Made by a program: the position numbers and the translations under genes. From positions 2,047-66,046 of the forward strand of contig JAAZMP010000022.1 of assembly GCA_012798755.1 (NCBI GenBank): DNA of 64,000 nucleotides, written 5' to 3'. Below the pieces are notes generated by a model. It had not been told where the DNA came from. It saw nothing but the letters and a program-made list of their open reading frames with translations, and ran no database searches. Source of the stretch: Bacillota bacterium (GTDB taxonomy: Bacteria > Bacillota > Dethiobacteria > DTU022 > UBA8154). Of this stretch, positions 1-9,183 are shown one piece after another. Each line of letters opens with the position of its first letter. Position 1 is the first letter of the stretch.

Positions 1-5
1 GCATT

Positions 6-221
6 TTAAGCGTCAACCTCAATTTCCAGCGGCGCAATAATGGGTGGCTGAAAATCTAATACAGGGTATTCGTCCTCAAAATAAAGCTGCAAGGCTTCTT
101 TTAGATTTGCCAGGGCCTCTTCCATAGTTTCACCCTGGGAGGCGACCTCCACCTCAAGGCTTTTGGCTACATACCATTTTCCTTCTTTGGTTATTACAGC
201 GGTAAGGCGTTTGGTAGCCAT
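6..221 (-). CDS. Type II toxin-antitoxin HicB-family antitoxin (UPF0150-like), 71 aa
   Basis: ORF translation has the HicB/UPF0150 pattern (Y-V-A...G.T.EEAL.N.KEAL.LY.E); small acidic C-terminus; no HicA partner visible inside window. Confidence 0.55.
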   Translation of the reverse strand: MATKRLTAVITKEGKWYVAKSLEVEVASQGETMEEALANLKEALQLYFEDEYPVLDFQPPIIAPLEIEVDA

Positions 222-247
222 TCCTTTACCCCCTTTTTAAGATAAAG

Positions 248-481
248 TCATTTCTTATAATAGTTTACTCTGCTTTCCAAAACTATTACCGGCTCATTGC
301 TATACAGATCATTATTTTTTATATGGTTGCTTTCATGTTTAACCGTTTTAAGTTGCATTTCATAGGCCAGGTTCTGGTTAATATACACATTATAATTACC
401 GTCTGGATCTGTTACCGTCAACCCACGGACTGTTGCTGGCAGATTAATCAACCGAATGAAAGTGTTCATTTGGACCTCCAA
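248..481 (-). CDS. Small ImmA/IrrE-like (DUF955) metallopeptidase fragment with HExxH (HESNH), 77 aa
   Basis: HEXXH motif near C-terminus, immediately downstream of and translationally abutting an XRE regulator (classic XRE/ImmA pair) but far shorter than full-length ImmA. Confidence 0.35.
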   Translation of the reverse strand: MEVQMNTFIRLINLPATVRGLTVTDPDGNYNVYINQNLAYEMQLKTVKHESNHIKNNDLYSNEPVIVLESRVNYYKK

Positions 482-838
482 TTATTCATCCTTTAGGGCT
501 TCAATAATCCTCATGGCTTTTTCGATGTCCTCCTTACTGGCTTTTTGAGATATGCTGAATAGTGTTTTCATTTCTGGCCGTTTGTGAAGGACTTCAAGCA
601 AGTCATTGGTTTCCTTATCAAATGAAGGATGCAAAGGGTTGTTCAATAGCCAGTCAGTAGTTACGTTGAAATACTGGGCGAGTTTAACTAACTTTTCGTA
701 GTCAGGCGTGCTATCGCCTGTTTCATATTTACCATATGTGCTCCTATCAATCCCCAATAATTGAGCTACTTCATTTTGGGTTATCCCTTTTGTGTTTCGC
801 AAGCCTTTTAGTTTTTTCCCTAAGCTCATTTCGATCAC
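482..838 (-). CDS. XRE-family helix-turn-helix transcriptional regulator (phage/ICE repressor-like)
   Basis: N-terminal HTH_3 signature (LKGLRNTKGITQNEVAQLLGIDRSTYGKYETG); promoter region upstream carries direct repeats GTGAAAAAC at 872-880 and 899-907. Confidence 0.75.
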   Translation of the reverse strand: MIEMSLGKKLKGLRNTKGITQNEVAQLLGIDRSTYGKYETGDSTPDYEKLVKLAQYFNVTTDWLLNNPLHPSFDKETNDLLEVLHKRPEMKTLFSISQKASKEDIEKAMRIIEALKDE

Positions 839-871
839 CTCCCTATAAATATTAACTACCTGTTATTGTAT

Positions 872-907
872 GTGAAAAACATTCACATTGCAATATAGGT
901 GAAAAAC
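872..907. promoter_or_regulatory. Putative operator: two direct repeats GTGAAAAAC spaced 27 bp in the promoter region of the XRE gene
   Basis: Exact 9-mer repeated at 872-880 and 899-907 directly upstream of the XRE start (minus strand). Confidence 0.3.
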
Positions 908-1431
908 TTCGCACAGGGGGTTGGCACGTGAATAATCTTCACCTATAATAAATATAACAGTGAAGTTGCTTCACCTTAGAGGTGATGAAGAACTGGCGCA
1001 CAAATTAAGGACGGGTAAAATCACCCTAAATGAGGCACGCAGGGTATGTGGGCTTCAGCCTTTGGAATGTGAGACAGCCAATAGCCGGTGTGTGGTTCTC
1101 AAAGGGTCATGAAATAACAGTCAGCAGTTGGTTTGCCAATGTTGGTTGCTTCTATCATTAGGCTCACATTTCATACCCAATGCTTGACAGCATTCTGGTA
1201 AGGAACTGTTTAACCGGACCTCATTAGTTTTTATTCCGAAATATTCACCAAGGCAATGCAGCAACTCTCTTGAAAAAATCTGATTATGGTTTTTACCAAG
1301 GAAAAGCATGTTGTACCGGTTCACTCTGACCCTATTCATGGAGCATGGACGGCTGTATGAGTGTTACCACAATGTTGAGTGCGGTTTTGAAAACGAAATA
1401 GAAGAAGATGAAATTTAGAGGGGGCCTAAAA

Positions 1432-1617
1432 ATGTCAGACGAAACCCAAAAAACCTGCCCGCGCTGTGGACGGAAAAAAGAAGATTTTGCTGTCGCCTGG
1501 GGCTGGAGCTGCTGCTACCAGCGGTTGCTGGGGCAGGATGAACCAGAGCTGGAGGGAAAAGGCTGGAGTAAGCATATTGAGGACGCAAAAGCTAAGAGGT
1601 TGGCGGGGCCGTGGTAA
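1432..1617 (+). CDS. Hypothetical small Cys-rich (zinc-ribbon-like) protein
   Basis: ORF with CPRCG ... CC motif, RBS-like GAGGGGG 8 nt upstream of the ATG at 1432; no recognisable family. Confidence 0.25.
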   Translation: MSDETQKTCPRCGRKKEDFAVAWGWSCCYQRLLGQDEPELEGKGWSKHIEDAKAKRLAGPW

Positions 1618-2310
1618 TTATTTGACAGGCATTTCAAAGGTAGCAGTTGCTTCGCCAAAAAGATTTTCATAGAAATAAATTTTTACAGAATCAGACTTGG
1701 AATCAATACCAAAAATCATTTGTGCGTGACAGGTAACTCCCTGGGGAATGCTTTGCGGGTAATTGGTAGGCGTATTAGGATATGTATAGCCTATTTTGCC
1801 GGCTGAATCCACAATCTTGAAGGAAATGTCACCGAGGTAAAGATCCTCTTTGTTAGCAATGTTGGTATAAGTATAATCGATTAAAAGAACCTGAGCAGGC
1901 TTTTTATCCGAAAACCGGTTACGTTCAGTCATTTCAGTAACCTCATTGAGTTTAAAACTGTAGAGAACCTTCCCAGAGGAATCTTTTACTGTGTGTTCAT
2001 TTTTTGCAGGGGCCGGGGCGGGTTTTATTGGTGTGGGGGTGCCTGCCACATTAGTTGTTATGACAGCAGTCTCTTTTTCAGCGTCCCAAGCAATATCAGC
2101 ACCCAGGGCCTCACTTACGAATCTGACGGGAACCATGGTTCGTCCTTTAAAATTGATAGCCGGAACATCACCTTTGATTTCCTTACCGTCCACGATAACT
2201 TTTACGATGGGGTAGCCTTCAAAAAGACCGTGCATAGAGGCAAAACTGACAGCACTGAGCAGCAACAATAAAAATACACAGAAGCTTGTTAAAATAATAC
2301 TCTTGCGCAT
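1618..2310 (-). CDS. Secreted protein with copper-amine-oxidase N-terminal (stalk-like) domain plus DUF4352-like beta domain
   Basis: Signal peptide (hydrophobic N-terminus), motif VIVDGKEI...FKGRTMVPVRFVSEALGADIAWDAEKETAVIT typical of Cu-amine-oxidase N-domain repeats; Pro/Thr linker. Confidence 0.55.
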   Translation of the reverse strand: MRKSIILTSFCVFLLLLLSAVSFASMHGLFEGYPIVKVIVDGKEIKGDVPAINFKGRTMVPVRFVSEALGADIAWDAEKETAVITTNVAGTPTPIKPAPAPAKNEHTVKDSSGKVLYSFKLNEVTEMTERNRFSDKKPAQVLLIDYTYTNIANKEDLYLGDISFKIVDSAGKIGYTYPNTPTNYPQSIPQGVTCHAQMIFGIDSKSDSVKIYFYENLFGEATATFEMPVK

Positions 2311-2443
2311 AAAAACACTCCTTCGGATTTAATTGGTTGAACATGGATATTTAAAATATTCTATTAAATAAAACATAATTCCTGCTTTATTTTTTATTTT
2401 ATTGGTGGTGAAATAAATTGAACGTAGGCGAAACTCTTTTAAT

Positions 2444-5017
2444 TCATTTTTGAATACCTTCTACAAGAATTCGCAGATAATTATAATCCTCATTGCGATC
2501 AAAGAAGAGAATATGCTTTTCTGTAAATTTGTCTCTGTTCCATGTACCACCGCCATAATGTTGACGCAATGTTTCATATGGGGTGCTAGAAATTATAAAG
2601 GCATCAAGAGATACATTCTTGATTTCACTTCGAGTTTTAATCCCTTCACTAATTACCGCCAGCCGTTCATGAAGTTGGGCTTTTTCATCGTAAATATACT
2701 CTGTCGCATGCATCATCCCGTGAGGTTCGATAAAAATAATTCGTTGCCCCACCTCATTAATCAACCACATAATAAAATCCGGATAAAACCCACTGTTTTT
2801 GAAAAAATAAACGCCTTTTCCACGACTCAAGTTGCGAAGCAAGAACAGCTCTGTTTCTGCTAACGCGTCTCGTCCATCTCCGTTCAAATATTCTTTTAGA
2901 TCGCTAACAAAACGTGCTTCGCTGTCTTCTAAACCTGAAGGGTTAGCTACCATCTTCTCACCTTTCAACAAAAGAGGCTGATATAGATGACGATCAAAAT
3001 AGATATGCGGAATCTTGGCATCAACGAGTTCAGATAATTGTCCCGGATTTGATTGTATCCTTTCAATAGCGGTTATTAGCTCTAGCTCATCTTTTTTTAT
3101 CTTGGCCGAGTAATTCGCAATTGAATCTTCCCTCAACTTCGCATTAAAAGCTAAATTCGGATCATCGGTATCAAGAATCTTATAGACCATATTTTCCGAA
3201 GCCCATCTTTCACAGTGACCTCGATAAAAACAATCCACATAATTTTGCAAAATATTACTGACCGCACTTTGAAGTAACATCCGTTCAGCAAACGAACTAG
3301 GATTAAAAACAGTTTCATCAGCAATTAGTGTATAGTTTATTTCTTCCATTATTTTTCGGGGTATTTTGGAGCCTATCACTAGATTATCCAGTTCTTTGTG
3401 TTTCTTGTAAGTCAATAAATCCAAATATACTTGATCCCAATCTATTAAATCAAGGTTTTCAATAGCTATCCTTCCAGATTTGCCTCCAAACGCATCCTCA
3501 GTCTCAAACCTTCCTTCACCGCTTGCAATGGCGTGCACTTTTACAGACAGATCTACAGTTAAATTGATGTTTGTGTCTATATCAAGAAGTAAAGCACTAT
3601 CGCTTGCATGTCTCCTATTTTCAATTGATCGAGGCACAACTAAACCTCGCTGCAAGAATTCTGCATTGATAGAAATAGGGACAGACATTTCAACAGTATC
3701 TTCAACATCTAATCCTTCACGTTCTAAGTATTCCCGAAATTCCGACATATAGTTTGCACGCACTGCAAAGATATCCAAAGTTTCCAAAAGCTTCAACTGC
3801 GGTGGATGGTTGCCATCAAGAGCTGCACTTCTTTTAAGTGAAAAGTCTTTTCCGCGTAAACGTACACCGCGACCAAATAGTTGAATAATTAAAGAACCCT
3901 CACTTCTTCCAATATTGAGTAGGCCCATATTAGAAACTCGCCAAGAATTCCAGCCTTCCATAAATTTCCTGGCACCAATTAAAATATTTGTTTTAGAATC
4001 CGCGTTGTTGATTTCATTAAATAAAGAACCGGAGATTGTATCATCTTCCAGTACTATACCTGATGAGTCATCTCTAACTAAGTTCTTAAACGAAGCTGTA
4101 TCTCCAATGTAAATTAAACCAAAATATGCTTCTGCCCCACTTACTTTCAAAGCTAACTCGTCCTGCCTAGCACGTATATCACAAAGATGTAGCGCTCCAC
4201 CCGTTTCAGAATGAAATACTTTTTTTAAAATGTCCGAATATATACTTTCTGCTGAGGATTTTTTTTGTCTCAAGTATTCGAATCGTCCAGCAAAAACATC
4301 CAATCCTTTCGGCGTAGTTAGTCCACTATTACCAGCTAAAAAGCTTTCTATACCCTTAATTACCCAATCGTCTTTATTCTCTAACACGTGATGAAGAAAT
4401 CGTATAATAGTTAAAACATCGCTCCGCCTCTGACGTTTTCGCCTATATATGGCATTCACAGTTAAACCAACAAAAAGCCATAAAGGTTTCTCCAGATTAT
4501 ATGGACGAATTTCGTCATTCTGTTCAGAAAACGCACATAGTTGTTCATAAAAGGAAAGAAGGTTTCCTAACAACAACATTTCTGTTTGAGTTTCTCTAAC
4601 TTCCTCGCGTAGATTTAAAATGCGGAAATTCTTGCCAAAACCGTCACTATAAAAATAAAAATATGAATAGTCAAAGATCATTGACTTGCCGTATTCTATT
4701 GTAAGAGGATCTCGACGAGCCGCGCTTAGCGCTTGCCCAAAGGTTGCGCTATATTCAAAAGTAAAGCCGGTTTCCGCCAATGCTTCGCGATACCCTCGCC
4801 AAACCTCTCCACCTGATCCTTTGTGGCCTTCATCGACAAAAATTAAATTTCGTCCTTCGAATGCTTCTACTGGAACACTTACGCCGCCGCCTCGTTTTTG
4901 CTCTACCAGTTTAGTAATCTCGATAACTTTAACTGCATTATGTTCGAGAAATAACTGGTTAGCGTTCTCGTTTATAGTCTTCTTCTGTCCATCCCTCGGT
5001 TGTCCGCCAAATAACAA
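2444..5017 (-). CDS. res: Type III restriction enzyme Res subunit homolog, N-terminally truncated (DExH box present; helicase motif I/Walker A region absent)
   Basis: DEGH (DEAH-like) box at residue ~62 followed by ...YSATF, as in EcoP15I Res around residue 235; the ~170 residues that normally precede it have no room because the upstream mod gene ends at 4959. Confidence 0.55.
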   Translation of the reverse strand: MLFGGQPRDGQKKTINENANQLFLEHNAVKVIEITKLVEQKRGGGVSVPVEAFEGRNLIFVDEGHKGSGGEVWRGYREALAETGFTFEYSATFGQALSAARRDPLTIEYGKSMIFDYSYFYFYSDGFGKNFRILNLREEVRETQTEMLLLGNLLSFYEQLCAFSEQNDEIRPYNLEKPLWLFVGLTVNAIYRRKRQRRSDVLTIIRFLHHVLENKDDWVIKGIESFLAGNSGLTTPKGLDVFAGRFEYLRQKKSSAESIYSDILKKVFHSETGGALHLCDIRARQDELALKVSGAEAYFGLIYIGDTASFKNLVRDDSSGIVLEDDTISGSLFNEINNADSKTNILIGARKFMEGWNSWRVSNMGLLNIGRSEGSLIIQLFGRGVRLRGKDFSLKRSAALDGNHPPQLKLLETLDIFAVRANYMSEFREYLEREGLDVEDTVEMSVPISINAEFLQRGLVVPRSIENRRHASDSALLLDIDTNINLTVDLSVKVHAIASGEGRFETEDAFGGKSGRIAIENLDLIDWDQVYLDLLTYKKHKELDNLVIGSKIPRKIMEEINYTLIADETVFNPSSFAERMLLQSAVSNILQNYVDCFYRGHCERWASENMVYKILDTDDPNLAFNAKLREDSIANYSAKIKKDELELITAIERIQSNPGQLSELVDAKIPHIYFDRHLYQPLLLKGEKMVANPSGLEDSEARFVSDLKEYLNGDGRDALAETELFLLRNLSRGKGVYFFKNSGFYPDFIMWLINEVGQRIIFIEPHGMMHATEYIYDEKAQLHERLAVISEGIKTRSEIKNVSLDAFIISSTPYETLRQHYGGGTWNRDKFTEKHILFFDRNEDYNYLRILVEGIQK

Positions 5018-6250
5018 TTGTATTACGCCCGTTGCGAGTAGTGCCTTTATGGACTAAATAACGCCTATCGTCATCGTATAGAACTAACCTTTTCTCCACC
5101 GCTAATCCTAAAAGATAAGCAAAAGTCTCAGGTAAGTCAACTACCTTACTTTTTGTCTTCCCACCTGCTTCATCGTTATTACAATGAATGTATAACTCGT
5201 AAGAAAACGGATTGTCCATTTTTTTCACATTTAATAATGTCTCGCTTTTTCTAGTTTCCCATTTTAGCATGTATTGCAACAAATAATCATCAAACTGCAA
5301 AGTTTGTTGCTCAGCAGATTCATCAAAAGTTATGTTATTTAACGAATCCTCATAAGACTCTAGGCGAATAACCTTAACTATACGAGGACTATTTTTTGCT
5401 TCCTCGGGTGTAGCCATCCTACGCGGCTTGCCATTCCGCCATTCAGGTGAAAAAGTAACTTTCTTGATTCTTGGTAAAAGCACTGTATCAAAATACTCGG
5501 CCATCTCTACAAGTATAAACTTTCGGTTGCCACCATCTTCACGATTAAGATTGATAACAGCATGACCGGTAGTGCCTGAACCAGCGAAATAGTCAAAAAT
5601 CTTATCATCTGACCGTGGGCTAATTACACGAATAGAATCTTCTACTAATCCAACAGCCTTAGGATAATCAAAATCACCAAAACGACCAAACAAATTCTTA
5701 ACTTCACGCGTTCCCCAATCTGTTGCCGAATATTCCTTTTTTGCCCACCATGTTGGGGGCGTAACCCCTTCAGGCTGTCGAGCCTTTATATAAAGGCTTA
5801 ACTGTCCACTCCTGTCCTTATCCAGTTTTACCTCTGTTGGGGAATCGGTTAATCGCTCTATACTCCATTTCCATCGTCGGTGTTGACCTTGTTCATCAAT
5901 GGGAAATAGTATCGTTTCTTTCTCTCTCGGCTCTTCTTCCAATATCCACTTTTCGTTAACATCATCCCAAAACATTTCGGGAATGCGGTAACGAAGCATT
6001 GATTCATCTATAAAAATTGGATAATACATTCGCATAGACTCTTCTCTTGTTCCGCCGTGTTTTCTAAAATTGACCCATTCATATTTGCCAAATTCATCGC
6101 GTTCTTTATATCTTCTTTTTTGTTTCTCAGAATGGGCAAATTACCTTTAAAGATCAAACATTTGTTCTGTGACGTTAAGTTAATACCAAAATGGGCATTC
6201 AACAAAATTGAAATCAAAGTCCCCAGCATAGATATACTGCTGTTTGGCAC
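4959..6250 (-). pseudogene. mod: Type III R-M Mod methyltransferase remnant: N-fragment (6008-6250) and C-fragment (4959-6035) in different frames, internal region with motif IV (DPPY) deleted
   Basis: C-fragment carries motif I DYFAGSGTTGHAV and FILVEMAEYFDTV, matching the C-terminal third of beta-class Type III Mod; N-fragment has LIFKGNLPIL resembling the LLIKGDNLEVL block that precedes DPPY; no DPPY in any frame between. Confidence 0.55.
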
Positions 6251-6754
6251 TGTAGGCGGCTGGAGTATTCGCGTACCTCAGATACCCAAAATATCTGCAC
6301 TAGCCAGAGGCAGCCTGGTGATGGAATATATAGGTGGATATTTCTTTCTGGCTTTCAGTATTAGAAAGAACGGCACATCGGTTGCAGGGTCCACTACCAG
6401 TACAGAATATAAAGATAAAACACACAGAAACAATTAGTAGCGGGAAGATAGATATCGAGCCGAACGATTTGATATAGGTATATGGGTGTGCGGAAGATTA
6501 TGGCTACATCTTTGGTTTCAGAATTGGGTATGACGTTTCTTATTCTTATATAGTATGGAACAGATGAGGTTTTAATGGATTAAATGGGAGCACCATAATG
6601 AAATGCAATAATACAAGGAGGTTTTCACATGAACATTAAAAGTTTCACCCCGTTGCGGGGTTTGTTGTTTTCCCGGGCCGTTTTCCACAAAATCATGGTA
6701 ACGCCATGGTTGCATGTTATAATTATTATAATCAACAAGAAAGGGGAAGAAATT

Positions 6755-7525
6755 ATGAACGTTGAAATGATAAAATTTAATTTTGAGGGCCATGACCTGG
6801 TTGGAAGGGCTTATTTCGATAAAAAAATTACCCCTAAAAGGCCCTTGTTAATTCTTTGCCACGGGATTCCGCGAGGCGATGTTTCACCCCAAGAGAAAAA
6901 AACCGATGGCGGCTATGCGGCGCTGGCAGAGCATTGCCTGGCCGAAGGGTTTCCTTGTTTTCATTTTAATTTCCGGGGGACGGGGGAAAGCGGGGGGAAC
7001 TTTGATCTTTCCGGTTGGACAAGGGATCTTACAGCTGTTTTGAATTATTGGGAAAAACGCGGCCTATACAATAGCTTTTATCTGTGGGGTTTTAGCGCGG
7101 GGGGCGCTGTTTCCAGCCATGTGGCTTCAAATGATGAACGTGTAAAAGCTACGGTGCTGGCGGCCAGCCCGGCAGAATTTAAAAGCATTTTTATCCAGGA
7201 GGATCTGGACAGTATTATCTCCCGGCTCCGCGATACCGGCATTCTTAGGGATCCGGGGTTTCCGGAAGATCCCCGCTCTTGGCTTGAAGACATTCACGCG
7301 GTAGATCCACTGGCTTGCATAGGGCGTATATCTCCCCGGCCGCTTTTTATCGTGCACGGGACAGGTGATGATGTAGTTCCTCTTGAGCATGCCCATAAGC
7401 TTTTTGCGCAGGCCGGTGAACCCAAAAAGCTCAAGGTTTTAGAGGGTGCCCAGCACCAGCTGCGCAAGGACGAAGAAGCTGTTTCGGTGTGTTTGGAGTG
7501 GCTCAAAGGCTTGCCGCTTTCCTGA
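6755..7525 (+). CDS. Alpha/beta-fold hydrolase (dienelactone-hydrolase/BAAT-like)
   Basis: LILCHGIP...WGFSAGGAVSSH nucleophile elbow GxSxG, C-terminal HGTGDDVVP...H; start chosen at internal ATG with AAGGGGAAG RBS. Confidence 0.6.
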   Translation: MNVEMIKFNFEGHDLVGRAYFDKKITPKRPLLILCHGIPRGDVSPQEKKTDGGYAALAEHCLAEGFPCFHFNFRGTGESGGNFDLSGWTRDLTAVLNYWEKRGLYNSFYLWGFSAGGAVSSHVASNDERVKATVLAASPAEFKSIFIQEDLDSIISRLRDTGILRDPGFPEDPRSWLEDIHAVDPLACIGRISPRPLFIVHGTGDDVVPLEHAHKLFAQAGEPKKLKVLEGAQHQLRKDEEAVSVCLEWLKGLPLS

Positions 7526-7892
7526 TAGAGCTCCATGTTGTTTCCTTTGGGCAGCATCAGCGAAAGGGGAAAAATGGTTTCCCGCTTGTGCTTCCGGTAT
7601 AGTTTTAACGGTACCATTTGTTTGCTATGGAAAATCCATCTTTCCCCTGGAGCAGGGCATCATTTCACGACAATTGTAGGGGATGATCGATCCGTGTTGA
7701 CATAATTCTTTGTAAGATGATACTATAAATTCATAATAAGGTTTTCAATAAGCATAACCTACTGCTATTTGCCGGAAACAGAGTCAAACGTTGTTAAAAT
7801 TTTTAAGGATAGCATTGGTTTAGAGACGGTGCGTTACCTGTAAATTCAACGTTTTGTTGATTGTTGCAGGCATAGAGGAGGGGGTTTTGAAA

Positions 7893-9170
7893 ATGAACAC
7901 CTACGACTTAGAAAAAACCAGAGATTATAATATGCAATTGCCACATTTTGGTTCCGGCGCTAAAAACGAACCTCAATTGGTAGATTTTATTAACACAAAA
8001 ATTCTTAACGACATACGTGACAAATTCACCCAGGTTACAGGAATACATTGTGTTATAGCGGACACGGACGGCCGGCCGCTGACCAAAATAGATATATTTT
8101 CCCGGTTTTGCAAACTGGTGCGTTCTATCCCGGAGGGTAGAAAAAGGTGTGAAGAATGTGACCGGGTTAACTCTATGATTGCGGCAAAGAAGGGGGAAGC
8201 TATATTTTATAAATGCCACGCCGGGTTAATTGACGCTGCTATGCCTATTGTGCTTAAAAATCAGCACGTAGGCAATTTTTTATGTGGCCAGGTTGCTTTA
8301 CAGGGCGATGAATTGGATCATGATGATATTAAAAAGCGGATAAGTGATCTGAATATAGATGAAAGGCTCTTGTGCCCCTACCTGGCCGAAATTGAGGTTG
8401 TAAGCCAGGAAAAGTTGATAGCCGCACTGGAAATGATGGTATTAATGACAAAGTACATTGTAGAAATGGGTACAGCCAATATAACCCAAAAGCAATTAAT
8501 GACAGAGATGAAAGCCAAAATGGAACTGGAAAATATGCTCAAGGAGGCCGAATATAAAGCACTTTTGGCCCAAGTTAACCCCCATTTTCTATTTAATTGT
8601 CTAAACACTATTGGCCGGGTTGCTTTGACTGAGGGGGCGACAAAAACTCAAGAACTTATATATTCTACCGCAGATATGTTAAGAAGTTTACTTAAACATT
8701 CCGACAGGATTATTCCTGTGACAGAAGAATTAAAATATGTAAAAGACTACCTGGTTATTCAACAAACCCGTTTTGGTGACCGCATTTCAATAGTATATGA
8801 AATCAGCGATGAGGTCAGGAATGCAAAATTACCCAAATTCACCATCCAACCTTTGGTGGAAAATGCCATCGTTCATGGGTTGGAACCGCAGAAAGATGGA
8901 GGAACCTTGCTTGTCAAAGCTGACAGGCAAGGTAACAGTACTATTATAGAAGTAATTGATACAGGTGTGGGGATACCGGAAGCCGAAATGGAGGCACTGC
9001 GTAAATTTGATCAAGAATATAACTCTGCTGGGGAGTACAACGGCCTGGGTTTGTTCAATGTACACCATAGAATACAGCATTACTTTGGCAAAGAATATGG
9101 GTTGGAGCTGAAATCCAGGCCCGGCCGGGGCTGCAAGGTTACCGTTAAGTTGCCCTTCATTAAAGAATGA
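7893..9170 (+). CDS. Sensor histidine kinase with N-terminal PocR sensory domain and LytS/YehU-type His_kinase + HATPase_c
   Basis: PocR-like Cys/His-rich N-domain (CEECDRV...YKCHAGL); NPHFLFNCLNTI (His_kinase family motif); G-boxes DTGVGIP, GLGL; strong RBS AGAGGAGGGGG. Confidence 0.7.
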   Translation: MNTYDLEKTRDYNMQLPHFGSGAKNEPQLVDFINTKILNDIRDKFTQVTGIHCVIADTDGRPLTKIDIFSRFCKLVRSIPEGRKRCEECDRVNSMIAAKKGEAIFYKCHAGLIDAAMPIVLKNQHVGNFLCGQVALQGDELDHDDIKKRISDLNIDERLLCPYLAEIEVVSQEKLIAALEMMVLMTKYIVEMGTANITQKQLMTEMKAKMELENMLKEAEYKALLAQVNPHFLFNCLNTIGRVALTEGATKTQELIYSTADMLRSLLKHSDRIIPVTEELKYVKDYLVIQQTRFGDRISIVYEISDEVRNAKLPKFTIQPLVENAIVHGLEPQKDGGTLLVKADRQGNSTIIEVIDTGVGIPEAEMEALRKFDQEYNSAGEYNGLGLFNVHHRIQHYFGKEYGLELKSRPGRGCKVTVKLPFIKE

Positions 9171-9183
9171 CGGAGGTGTTTTC

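Noticed and set aside
1121-1339. 72-aa minus-strand ORF (MNRVRVNRYNMLFLGK...)
   Set aside because: No recognisable domain, no RBS, and it sits in an intergenic stretch of the decayed island. It is possibly a fragment of a former recombinase or transposase but cannot be supported.
6008-6437. ORFs 6057-6437(+) and the overlapping 6572-6793(-) as genes
   Set aside because: They overlap the mod remnant on the opposite strand, are low-complexity or hydrophobic with no family resemblance and have no RBS. Treated as spurious frames.
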